The notes beneath the pieces were generated by a model. The model was not told where the DNA came from. It saw nothing but the letters and a program-made list of their open reading frames with translations, and ran no database searches. Both the position numbers and the translations under genes were made by a program. 64,000 bases of DNA. Origin: Octopus vulgaris (Eukaryota). Shown one piece after another: positions 28,228 through 41,702 of the stretch. Position 1 is the first letter of the stretch. The number at the start of each line of letters is the position of its first letter. The stretch is from NCBI GenBank assembly GCA_951406725.2, contig OX597826.1, positions 4,960,001-5,024,000 of the forward strand, written 5' to 3'.

Positions 28228-28284
<57 letters not shown>

Positions 28285-28520
28285 GCGCGCGTTTAACTCA
28301 TAGTGGTTGCCTGCTGTTCAGAAATATACAATTCAGCAACCGCAGCCCAGGGCCCGATAGTTGAATCTTCTAAGATATGAACTGTGAGGTCAGCATCCGA
28401 ATTATTACAGATGTTCACTCCATTTTCCCTTAATATTCCATTATCCTTCACTAAAGACGCCACTAAATGAAAAAAAATAAAAAACGAAAAATACTTTCGT
28501 TCCCTTTGTCTCCCTCTCTC

Positions 28521-28587
<67 letters not shown>

Positions 28588-28828
28588 ATAAGAGCAAATT
28601 ACAAACCTCCAAGTAATAATTCCTCTATTATAAAAAGTAAAAATACAGAATAGTTATAGGATCAAGAAGGCCTCCCAAAGCACTCATGTACTACTTTGCC
28701 CTATGGATGCCTTCAGTGGGGTCCTGACCTTGTCAAAAACACGTATGCACATATATATTACATCTACATGCTTTCTCACTCTCGCTCTCTCTCTTTCTCT
28801 CTAACTCCCCCCTGCATGTTTGTATCAA

Positions 28829-28890
<62 letters not shown>

Positions 28891-28967
28891 GTACATGTAT
28901 ATATTTATATATATATATAAATATATTTATATGTATATATATATATTTATATATATGTAGTTGGATG

Positions 28968-29023
<56 letters not shown>

Positions 29024-29406
29024 TATGTGTGTATGTGTGTTTGTGTATGTACGTTTATGTGTTTATGTGACAGGTAAATTTGCCATTGGATAGATTGACA
29101 TCTTTTCAATCGGCCATACACTGAAAAGACGTGGAATTAATTCTCACAAAAGGTTTTCAAATAAATAAATAAATAAACCATGCAAAATACATCCACATCG
29201 ATTGATACTCTCACATAGATATTGGGATATGAGTAAAGACACACACACCCATACGTATATATAGAATATGAATACAACATATAACACGTTCTATGCAGTT
29301 TTTTTTAACATATCCTTGATATTACGACGCCTTCCAGTCGAATTTGTAGATGGACATTTTGTGAAAGATGGTCCCATGTGTGTGTGCATGTATATATATA
29401 TACATA

Positions 29407-29807
29407 TATAATTATAAACAGGGCAAATTGTAGCTATTCCTCCGCATACTGAAAAAAATGGTGAACAACCTGAATCGATTTTCGAAACTTACTGAATTCT
29501 CATCAGTGACGTTTACGAAATTCTGTCAATCTCCGTTGAAGCAATCAGTCAAACTCTTTATAAAATCAACAAATGCAGTTGTTGCTCTATGAAGAAGTCC
29601 CTAATTTGCATACTGAAAGTGTTTAACACTCTATAAATACCACCGGTCTGTCAACGGGGATATTAGTCTACACAATATCAAAGTATGATGTAATGAATAT
29701 GTAGCATATGGTATAATTATAAACAGGGCAAATTTTATCCATTGCTCCGCATACTGAAAAAATTACGAACAACCTTAATCGATGTCCGAAACTTATTGGA
29801 TTCTCAT
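29407..29807 (-). mobile_element. ~97-bp diverged direct repeat pair (29407-29503, 29712-29807), possible Penelope-like pseudo-LTR remnant
   Basis: tataattataaacagggcaaatt..ctccgcatactgaaaaaa..gaacaacct.aatcgat..cgaaactta.tg.attctcat occurs twice. Minus strand of copy 1 has CTGATGA...GAAA. Confidence 0.45.
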
Positions 29808-29818
29808 GAAATACATAT

Positions 29819-29908
<90 letters not shown>

Positions 29909-29974
29909 TATATATATATATATACACACATACACATACATATATATATATGTGTGTGTGTGAATATATATGTG

Positions 29975-30088
<114 letters not shown>

Positions 30089-30713
30089 CACATACATTTA
30101 CGTGAGTATAGAGATGAGATGCCCTGTCTGTGTGCGTGGGGTAGTCCTCCATTTGACATAACTGCAGACTGCGTTCCAATATGTCTTACTTTATTACTTC
30201 TTATTGAATTTATCTCACATAGATTCTGTATGTTCATTGATATTTTTCAATATCAGGCAAAATAACGAGATCTATTCGAAAAATTTCCATTTTATATTCA
30301 TATGTATATATATATTGTATATGTATTTTTCAAAACCAATTTACGCCAAGAAAATTTAGCAGGAATAGCTTCTAGCCATACGATATTTTTAAATATTACA
30401 CTGTAAGCTGATAGCAAAAGATAAAACTTAAACGGGACTGATACGAAAAGATTAAACTTAAATGGGACTGATTTCCATTTTACGTTCTGTAGAGATCTCT
30501 GCGTTACTTTCGAATCATTAACGATATGCAGCAGTGCTTACGTATTTATCTCCCTTGTCTCTTGACAATTTTATCGATTACTCTCTTTACGCGTTCTTCT
30601 AGCTCTAGTGAGTATCATTCTTGGAATGCGTCGAAGTATTAATTTTTTTCCTTCCAGTATTTAAATTTGGGCTAGTACACTTATACACACACACACACAC
30701 ACATATATATGTA

Positions 30714-30762
<49 letters not shown>

Positions 30763-30918
30763 GCATATATATATATATATGTATATATATTTATATATAT
30801 ATATGTATATATATATGTATATATATATTATATATATATATGTGTGTATATATATGTATATATATATATGTATATATATATATATGTGTATATATATATA
30901 TGTATATATATATATATG

Positions 30919-30949
<31 letters not shown>

Positions 30950-30959
30950 GTATATATAT

Positions 30960-31017
<58 letters not shown>

Positions 31018-32898
31018 GTGCGTGTATAGACACACATTTGTGTATGTACATTTGTATCTGTGTGCATGTCTGTGTACAGGTACAAACGTATACAACTATA
31101 TATATATATTGATTGATACATACATACATACATACATACATACATACATACATACGTTCGTGTCTGTGTTTTTGTGTACCTCTATTAGTTATTTAGGTAG
31201 ATTTTTTTCAGTGTGTTAATAGTACTGAAAAAAAAGCTAAATGAAATTCGACCGTCGTTTGTGTAATTGCGTGACATACCTCAGATAGTCTTTCACAGCG
31301 ATGCTGAGTATTGACATAGTTTCATCAGATACTTTGAGTTCTTATTTTAACAATAAGAGGATTGGCTAGGTTGTTCTTTGTTGTTGTTGTTGTTGTTGTA
31401 TTATATTTTCCTTGTTGTTTAGTCCCTGGCTCAGCCTTGACCGAGCAGATGTATTATTAAGTGAATGTATTATAAAAGACGAGATAATCACATGTGATTG
31501 ATTTTCGCGCAACACATTTCTGGATTACGTGCAGCATGTCGTGTTCGATGAGGGAAAATCTGAGTGTCATTTCAACCAAGGGGTGTATATCAGTGGTGTA
31601 GGTTAATGGAAAAAAGGTCGTGTATTTGAGGCGATCGGGAGAAAATTGGCTGTTATTTCGATCATGTAAACTTATATTACTTCCAATAACTGTTAATGTA
31701 TTAGGCACAAGGCCTGCATTTTTTAGGGGGTGAAGATTAGGTGATTGTATCAACCCCAATATTTGACAGGTATGTGATTTTATCGACCATTGATGGACGA
31801 AATGTGAAGTTGCTCTAGGTGAGATTTGAACTCAGAACCTAAAAAGTCGGAAGGAATACTGCAATGATATTTGAATCCATCGTATTGTAATAATAAAAAA
31901 AAAAATGTGTCATGTACCAAAATAATATATTCCCCTTTCAAACTCCTTATTCTGTTAAATATCGGTTCAGCTAACTAAACGGCAATGTACACCAATTGGA
32001 ATAAATTAATTAGAAATCATTGGAATATTCGCAGAAGCTAAGCTGGAACAGCAGGAATAATTACTGCCAAACATGCTACAGCATTGTATTTTGAAAAGCG
32101 AGGGTGTCATCAACTGTGAAGTAATTCCAATGAAATGAATGAGAATTACAAATATAACGTTTGCATGTTACTAATTGGTGACTTCCTGGTTATTTAAAAG
32201 TCTAAAGCTGTAGTTAAATAAATATTTATACACATGGATTAGTATACGCACACATTTGATATTTGACATTTTCAAGTATAGAGATATACTTGGCATACAA
32301 TCATACAAACACAACGCGATATATAAGAGCGTGCGTGTATGTTTTTGCTGGTATGTATGTATGTATATATGCGCATACTTGTATAATTTTATTTTACAAT
32401 CTTAAGGGCCTTGAAGATCATACTACAGTACTTATCAGACACAGATAATAACAATTTCTAATATATGCATTTCGTTTTGTCTCCCGTTTGTATAAATTAT
32501 TGTCTGTATGTGTATGTGTAATATATATATATGCAAGATTATAGATTGATAGATCCTATTTAGACATAGATATCAATGTTTTCAATCGTTACATATGTAT
32601 ATCTACATACTGATAACTATGCATTGAATAGAATTATAGTATTTTATTTGATGAACGGCTCATGATGTATAGAATTATTTTTATGGTACATAACAAAAAT
32701 TTCATTTGACTTACGTATTGGCTAATTTCATATTGAAACGGGAGAAAACGAGATGTCGTGAGATTCAAATTATAATTCTGAGCGATACAAACAATGATAC
32801 GATAATAATATGTTGTGGATCACATTCCGAGGGATTGAGAAACCAGCTTCGAGAATAAGATTGACAGGAACAGCTTCTTCCTTTCTTTGTATGTATGC

Positions 32899-32931
<33 letters not shown>

Positions 32932-32957
32932 TTTATGTCTATAATTATAAAATATAA

Positions 32958-33228
32958 TACAAAATGGGACAAGAACGCAAAACATCCGGACAACTAGGTG
33001 ATACAAAAAGAGACAACAAAACATCCAGATAGACGACACACAAAAAAAACAAGGACGGGTCATTCGAAACCTTTTATCCTCAGTCAAGAACTGGATCATC
33101 CTCTCAATTTCGGCTGATTAATCTTGAGATTGCTCCAATCTGGTCTGCCCCAAGGAAAAACTAAGCTAAGAGCATTAGATTCCTTGGAAAAAAGCATCGA
33201 ATGTATACGAAAACAAGGACGGAAAAAC
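32958..33228. mobile_element. Probable interspersed repeat fragment between microsatellites
   Basis: Complex block with internal repeats (caaaacatcc x2, aaaacaaggacgg x2) bounded by (TATG)n and (TA)n. Resembles a common octopus repeat from memory; single copy here. Confidence 0.35.
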
Positions 33229-33262
33229 AAAATATATCTTTATATATATAATTATATATATA

Positions 33263-33319
<57 letters not shown>

Positions 33320-33908
33320 TTGGACCTATACATATAGAACAATGTACGCATATGTGTAACTATGAGCATAAGTATATGTACGTGTGTCCTTGTATGCGTG
33401 TGTATTTGCGAACCTGTCTATTTAACTATTTATTTATCACTGTATCAATCTTCGTGTCTTGCTTTCAACCCTTCACACATACTCGCGTATTGTGTGTGTG
33501 TGTACGTGTACATATGTGCATACCTCCATACATGTATAAACTTGTGTAAACACACATACACGCACAATACAGTATGTGCCTCTGTTTCTGTGTGCGTGTG
33601 TGTGTGTGTGTGTGAATTTGCGTAATGTTGACATAATCCTAATTGCAGCTGTTCTAAATGGAAGTGGTGATCACCGTTTGCTTGCGTGTTTAACCTATGT
33701 GTAAGACATATTGCAACGAAGAGCAAACTAGAGGATTGTGAATGGCGCCCGATTACATTTTCTGTGTAAGATGACATTAAGTAGTTTTAGCTTAATTTCA
33801 ATGTCGACATATTTGAAAAAAAAAATAAAATAAAAAAATTATGATTTGTAAGTCTCACCCAGAACATGAAATAAAAATAAAAGGTCAAAAATATATGAGC
33901 ATGGACAG

Positions 33909-33950
<42 letters not shown>

Positions 33951-33957
33951 TATAATA

Positions 33958-34483
33958 AATGCCCTGACGCAGTGTCAGGCAGTGGCTCTCATGGCTTCTG
34001 ATCTTAACTGATTGGAAATGTTATCATGTGCATTGTTTTGTCGTGGTATTAAAAAGTGGGCTACGACAAATATTCTGTTCAATACCACAGATTCACTTGT
34101 CACATCCTTGAGCACGTCCCTTAGTGGCTGACGATATGTGCATCTCTGATTACGGGCAGGAATTATTGGGGAGCATCATAGCCATCTGTTGAGAGGAATC
34201 CTTCACCTTTGGAAACATGGGTGTGTTGTTCATCATCCTTAAACAACCCTTATTCAGGGACCTTTTGAGCGGGATGAGCAGATAGGCTACCCGACCTGAA
34301 GAAAATTTTAACAGGGCCCCACCTACAAGGTCATGCGCTGTTTATCTTGATATGAGATCACTATGTCGTACACATGGTTGTGATGGATGTGCCTGGTGAA
34401 CTCCTATCTGTCGTGATGGTTATACTGGGCTTCGTATATTTTACCTCATTGTCACTTTGATGGTATGCGCTGCTCTCTCACCC
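33958..34483. mobile_element. ~525-bp non-coding element between (AAT)n tracts
   Basis: GC-richer complex block (atgccctgacgcag...gctgctctctcaccc) with (AAT)n directly on both sides. Resembles a common octopus repeat from memory. Confidence 0.5.
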
Positions 34484-34495
34484 AATAATAACAAT

Positions 34496-34692
34496 AATCC
34501 TTTCTGCTAAAAGCACAAGGCTTGAAATTTGGTGGAGGGGTGGGGACTGGTCGATTACATCTAGTCCTGTGTTCAACTGGTACTTATTTTACCGATATCG
34601 AAAGGTTGAAAGGCGAAGTCGACCTCGGCAGAATTTGAACTCAGAACGTAAAGACGGGCTAACAATTCTGCCCGTTCACCGCCTTTATAATG

Positions 34693-34745
<53 letters not shown>

Positions 34746-35190
34746 TTTGCCACAGGAGCAGCCCTTGTGAGGGAGATGTGCCGATTACATCGACCCCAGT
34801 GTTCAACAGGTACTTATTTTATCAACTCCGAATGGATGAAAAGCAAAGTCGACTTCAGCGGAATTTGAACTCAGAACGTAGCGACGGGTGAAATACCGCT
34901 AAGCATTTGGTCCAGTACTCTAACGGTGCTCCCAGCTCGCCGTCTTAATAATAATAATGATAATGATGATGATGATGTTGATGATTTCCGATTTTATTGA
35001 AAGGGATTTATTTTTTAAGAGGAATGATGGGATTCCTTCGAACGAAGTTCTTGACTGGTGCTTATCTTATCGACCCCCGAGATGAGATTATAGACAATGT
35101 TGACCTCGGTTAGACTTGAAATCAGAATACACTTGTACAGCGGTAATGCTGTAATACATATTTTTTCGTCGCTCTAATGATTCTGATTGC
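34496..35190 (-). mobile_element. Array of three B-family SINEs (~34496-34685, ~34745-34943, ~35020-35190) separated by (AAT)n/(GAT)n
   Basis: Each has the gtcgacctcgg..gaatttgaactcagaacgta core or a variant on the + strand. Confidence 0.8.
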
Positions 35191-36044
35191 TTGGCTTCTA
35201 TTATTGTCAAAATGGTGACGGATGAGATAGCATTACGAAAATATTTCTACCCATATCTTTTAGCATCGGGTATGAAGAACATTACTTATGAAAGAATATA
35301 ATGACCGTTAGACTGGAGACAGTCATCCAGAGTTAATCACTGAACCCCGCAAATATCAAAAATCGTCCTGCCTAAGATAGGAAGGCGAACTCTTCCAAAA
35401 TTCCATGAACGGTTTACTGTACTTTTTCTGAGTATGCGCATCTACGCAAGGTATGGTTGCCTCTCTGACTACCTTTTCAATTTGTCGTTAAATCTAAGGC
35501 CAAGGTATTTGGTTGTAGGACATATAATTCTGCCCAGCTCAGTTATTGATTGTTTCTCATTTAAATTCCACATACGTTTTGCTGCGCATATTCAGTACAT
35601 GCGCGTCTATACAAGTCATGGCAGCCAAACTCTTTGCAGGCTATTAGCATGTCATTTGCACCAGGCCATGTTAATTGGTTGTAGGACACACAGCTCCATC
35701 GAACTCGTTTATTGACTCTCCAAGTTATCGACTGCACAAGGATGAAAGATAGGCAAAAATAACAATAAGATAATGAAATTAAAATAATGATCAATACATA
35801 AAAAAATTGAGCTTGCCAAACAATCAATACAACCCTGTTTGTGATTGAATAGTAGTAAGCTTCCTTACAGTGTCAGCTAAATACTAAATTGCTTGCTAGA
35901 TCAATCGCATAACATACATATATATACTGGACTTGTATTATAGACATTTAACGTTTTTTTTCAATATTTAGCATTTTCGTATGTCTCAGGTACGAGATAT
36001 AGCCTATAGGGGTTGTGAAGTAGCAAATATTTCTGAAGTTTCTT

Positions 36045-36377
36045 TTTTCTTTATTGCCCACAAGGGGCTACACACAGAGGGGACAAACAAGGACAGACAA
36101 ACGGATTACGTCGATTGAATCGACCACAGTGCGTAACTGGTACTTATTTAATCGACCCTGAAAGGATGAAAGGCAAATCGAATTTGAACTCAGAACGTAG
36201 CCGCAGACGAAATACCTATTTCTTTATTACCCACAAGGGGCTAAACATAGAGGGGACAAACAAGGACGGACATAGGTATTAAGTCGTAACTGGTACTTAA
36301 TTTATCGACCCTGAAAGTCGACCTCGGTGGAATTTGAACTCACAACGTAACGGCAGACGAAATACCGCTAAGCATTT
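36045..36377 (-). mobile_element. Tandem B2-B2 SINE dimer
   Basis: Two units of cccacaaggggcta..ggacaaacaaggac..gaatttgaactca..gcagacgaaatacc, junction at 36216/36217. Confidence 0.88.
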
Positions 36378-36611
36378 ATTGTAGCTCTATCAAAGAAATA
36401 TTCGCAGCGATTAGAACAGTATGACCTTTGCTGGCACTGGAAGTACCTTTTACTGTTGCCCTCGGTATTAATACAGGACTTTAGATCACTATGTCACTGA
36501 AGATCTGATTGGCTTTCGTAGGAAGAGATAACGTACAGAACAAATTCTGCCGTTCTAAACGTTCTAGTGTAGAACCATGTATTCCAAACAATTCTAGTCA
36601 TCGATTTGACC

Positions 36612-37013
36612 GGCTGTGTGGTAAGTAGCTTGCTTATAAACCACATGGTTCCGAGTTCAGTCCCACTGCGTGGTACCTTGGGCAAGTGTCTTCTTCTATA
36701 GCCTCGGGCCGACCAAAGCCTCGTGAGGGAATTTGGTAGACGGAAACTGAAAGAAACCTGTTATATATATGTATATGTGTATATATATATATGTGTGTTT
36801 GTGTGTCTATGTTTGCCCCCCCCCCCAACATCGCTTGATAACCGAAGCTGGTGTGTTTACGTCCCCGTAACTTAGCGGTTCGGCAAAACAGACCGATAGA
36901 ATAAGTACTAGGCTTACAAAGAATTAAGTCCTGGGGGCGATTTCTGCGACTAAGGGCAGTGCTCCAGCATGGCCGCAGTCAAATGACTGAAACAAGTAAA
37001 AGAGTAAAGAGTA
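36612..37013 (+). mobile_element. A-family SINE
   Basis: Full body and gtaaaagagtaaagagta tail. Confidence 0.92.
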
Positions 37014-37684
37014 TACTTATCTTCAGTCACTGTAAAGGATTATGCAAATATATCTGATGCCAGAAGAGTTTATAAACATGTTCAAATCCCTGTATTAACA
37101 ATCTTCCTGGGCTATTAGAAATAAGATGGGAATATAGAGTTACTTAACCTTGTCACACGTGTTCGAGAGGGCAGCATGTTACCATTTTGTCTTTCTTGTT
37201 TGTGTTGGGTACATTATGATAATGACCGACTTTGCAATAAAATCGCCAGAGAAGATGTTATGATTCAGTTTTGCACACTGAATGATGTTCGAAAAACCAA
37301 TAATATATACCCTACAATCGAATACAAGGGAAGTTAGACTACGTATCTGAAAAAGACGAGGAATCTAATATCAGGTGACACAAATACCACATGTGTTGAT
37401 TTGAAGTACGAATGTGAATTGTGTGGCGAAATACTTTGTATCGAGAACTTTGTATCGAGAATTACATTAAAGCCGCCAGACACACCTCGATCCGATCTGT
37501 CTGACGATTCTTATGCTCAGTGGTTGTAAACATCTACTTAAACTCAACAGATATTTTCACTGGATTTTATCTGAAACTCGGAGTAATATTTTTTTATGTA
37601 ATTCCATTGTGCAATCCAAAATATATTTAACTCTATTTTCAAATGTTAAGTGTTGCTTCCTTTCCTTTAAGACCACTCTTTCTT

Positions 37685-37736
<52 letters not shown>

Positions 37737-38424
37737 CCTCTATCTATCTCTCTCTCTCTCTCACGCAAGCACATTCTTAGAAACACATATAAATAATGAA
37801 CAATGTAGCTATGTAATATAGAAACTGCAGAAAATGGTACTAAAGAATAATTAAATTGGTATTTGAAGAAGCATTTGAAATATATTGATTTTGTTACTAT
37901 ATTCTGTGTTGTTGTTTACAGTCACATTCAGATCGCTCGCAAATTTTTATGTTGTTATGGAAACAAGATAAGAGATACAGCTGATTGAAATAGATGACAA
38001 TAATTTTCATATCTCATATATATTTTGCTTTTCATGGTCAAGAATATTGTGGTGGTTGTCGTTATATATGTTTATATATAGACACGTATATATGTGTATG
38101 CATGTATATGTATGTATATGTGTGTGTATATGTATGTATATATATATATATGAGAGTATGTATGTCATATATATATATATATATATATTGCTTTTCATGG
38201 TCAAGAATATTGTGGTGGTTGGTGCTAATCTATGTAGCAGGGGCGACAACTATTGATGATTCTAATTTATTCTGTTATGGATAATATGATGTATTCCTAG
38301 TTGGTGATTTTTTATTAACCATAAAAGGTCTGACATAGAGTGGACATTACAACACATTGGGGACATAAAACATTAAAAAAAATTATCGTATGATAAAATG
38401 AGAGAAAGGGTGAAAATGAGAGAT

Positions 38425-38876
38425 GAAAGTGCTGCTAACGGCCCCATCCGCTAGCATCACTTACCTGTCCTTCCTCCTTAAACCGGAATGAAATGCATAT
38501 AGTCCTTCAGTTTAGAATTAAATTTCCTTTCCATTTCTGACAATCTTTCCTCTCCAATTTTATATCTAACCAGTTTATAGCTTCTCCTTGCACATTCTTC
38601 CCCAAGTTCCTTTACCAGGTCTTCCGGAATTACCGTATACATTACCCCCACCCTGTTCTCACAGTCATTCCATTTTACTTTCCCCCAGTCTTTTATTATT
38701 TCCCGTACTTCTTCATGGTCCCAAATACCAAGAATATTGGGCCTAGTGCCAATGTAACTTACACATTCATAAACGAATGCACTATTTCTCGCTAATGATC
38801 GCTCGTTGACGTCTTTTATCGTATATAGCCATATTTGTCGTGTATGTCCAAAGGTAAGACACGAACCTGCCTGTTG
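38425..38876 (-). pseudogene. Stop-free minus-strand frame (~132 codons, 38478..38876) plus decayed tail; probable non-LTR retrotransposon ORF1 remnant
   Basis: Manual translation: ..GTRPNILGIWDHEEVREIIKDWGKVKWNDCENRVGVMYTVIPEDLVKELGEECARRSYKLVRYKIGEERLSEMERKFNSKLKDYMHFIPV*GGRTGK*C*RMGPLAALS. Purine-rich; the tail spacing resembles an eroded CCHC knuckle. Confidence 0.4.
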
Positions 38877-39449
38877 TTAATCGAGTTTTCTCTACTTGTT
38901 GAATGTTTACCCAGTAATAACCAAATACAGGCATCTATCGTAAAAGTAAAGAATTGTCTCACACAAAATCCCATATATGAGTTGTGGAACATATACAAAT
39001 ACTGTAGATTCTAATGGATTTTTGGGAGATAAAAATCACAGGATTAATCAATGATTTTACAATTCGAACTGCCTTGATAAAAAAAAAAAGATATCTAATG
39101 TCATAGGTGGTTTATATTGAGTTTAAGAAGTATAATCACCTATAAAGCTATGGATATTTACTTCAATAATTAGACGTGATTTCGAATTTCACCTATATGC
39201 CTTTGTTTCAAAATCGGTCATATGCGTGTTGTGTGTGTGTGTGTGTAGGCAATATCAGGCATACGCATTAACATAATATATGATGCTTTCATAGCAGTCA
39301 TGCAGCTTCAGTCGAGGAGGTTTTCCACTGTGAACGCTAACCACCGCTGTGTTTATTTGCGCTTTACTGTCAACGAAATTCAGAAAAGCACGCACCTGAC
39401 CTCACGTAGTTATCATTCTACCTCTCTGCAAAAATACATGCATACATGA

Positions 39450-39518
<69 letters not shown>

Positions 39519-39871
39519 TATGTACAAAGCTACCTATATATATATATATATAGACATACATACTCTCATATATATATACATACATTAGATACATACATAT
39601 ACATGCATACACAAATATACGTGTCTATATATAAACATATATAAATGCATACATGTACACAAACATATATACACACACACACACATGTATGTGTGTTTAA
39701 ATGGTTATGTCCCTCATTGTGTGTTTGTGTATGTGAGAAAGAGAAAGAGAGAGAGAGAGAGAGAGAGAACTGTTGCATTCTGCTGTACGAATGCTTGAAT
39801 ACTAATTGAATATGCACAGCGGGGAAAAGACCGTTATAACATTTATATAGATATTCATTTTCTGTTTATGC

Positions 39872-39930
<59 letters not shown>

Positions 39931-40835
39931 CAAACACACATATGCACAAACGTATCCATACACTCATATATATATATGTATGTATGTAGTAGATTTATAT
40001 ATTATATATGTTGTTAATTTGTGGGGTTGTTAATCATTTACTAGACCATTATTTTGGAACTCCGGTATTTATGCTAATTAATCTGTAGCCTGCTGGGATA
40101 TTATAACCTGAGCTGTCTTGGTTTGTTGCATTTTATAAGTTTTCTCTGCTCAAAGTCAGTGTTTTATTGTTTAGATGATCAAATATATATATGAATACAC
40201 ACAACAAGGAAATTCAGTGTTAATCGTCAAATGTAGAATCCACCATGACAAGTACGCATAATTACTATATATATATATATATGTACTGAAATACATACAC
40301 ATACATACGTACATAGACACAATCACACAGTTATAAGGAGATATAGTCATAACAAGCGTGTATTTACGACAATGCATTCTCACATACATTGGCTTGCATT
40401 TATGCACCATATTTTTCTATGTATAACAATACCAGAACATTAAGGCACACCAGCTCATAATGAAACCCGTGTATGTGTGTATGTATGTATGTATGTATGT
40501 ATGTATGTATGTATGTATGTATGTATGTATGTATGTATGTGTGTATGTATGTATGTATCTATCTATCTATCGGCCTCCCTGTCTATCTATATATCTGTAT
40601 CTGACTACATCTCTGAATGCTTGTCTGTGTATCTATCTGCCTGTTGTCTGTCTGTCTCTATTTCTGTATCTGTCTATATCTATTTATCTATCTAACTATA
40701 TTTATCTATCTATATCTGTCTATCTCTAGTTTTATCTCTCTCTCTCTCTATCTCCATATTTATATCCTTATATACACACATACATGCATACACACACACA
40801 CACACACACAAACGTATACATACATAACCCCCCCC

Positions 40836-40876
<41 letters not shown>

Positions 40877-41457
40877 TACAGATAGCTATTCACATATGCA
40901 CACACATACACGCACAGGTACACGCGTGCGCGCATGCCATATTTAGAGCTGAGCTTGATAGGAAACGATTGTTGAAGGGATTGAGATAACGATAAAGAAA
41001 AACGAAGAGTTTTTGCGGGGTGGAATGTGTAGTCTTGGCTGTTGACTAGAGACTTAAAGTCTGAGCTGTTAAAAGCAATATTCAGCAATGTTTTAACCAT
41101 TTTACACCATCTCCCACCTCCCACCACCCCTCTCTCTCTCTCTCTCCCTTCCTTTCTTTCTTTCTTTCGTCCCACTATAACTATTTTCACCTCCTCTTCT
41201 CGCTAATTCTTATTGATAATTTTAACGACAGATTCGATTCTAACAGCTTTTGCTACAAACAGCTGAAGGCACCAACCTCTCTTTATTTTTCTTTTTTCCT
41301 TTCTCCTTTTTTCCCGTTTTTTTTCTTTTTCTGGTGGTGATGATGGTGATAGTGGTGGTGGAGGGAAAGGAAACAATTTTTTTTTATTTAGATTTTATAA
41401 ATTTCATCCTCTTTCACATTCACAGTTTAGTTCTCTCTCTCCCTGTCTTGCTCTCTT

Positions 41458-41496
<39 letters not shown>

Positions 41497-41654
41497 CAAA
41501 CACCCTCACTCATTCTCTTCTCTTTATTTAACCATAATCTTATTCTTCATCATATTCCTCGTCATTATCATCATCAACATCTTCATCATCATATTCATCA
41601 TGTCGTCGTCGTCAGCAGAAACATCATCATCATCAGCATCATCATCATCATCAG

Positions 41655-41702
<48 letters not shown>

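Noticed and set aside
31275-31345. Minus-strand CTGATGA...GAAA and a GAG|GTATGT donor
   Set aside because: No stem II or stem I pairing for a hammerhead, and no convincing acceptor for an exon.
35965-35995. Possible recursive splice site ttttcgtatgtctCAG|GTACGA (also tttgaCAG|GTATGT near 31768)
   Set aside because: Weak donor or weak pyrimidine tract. Such motifs are expected by chance in 52 kb; nascent RNA saw-tooth data would be needed.
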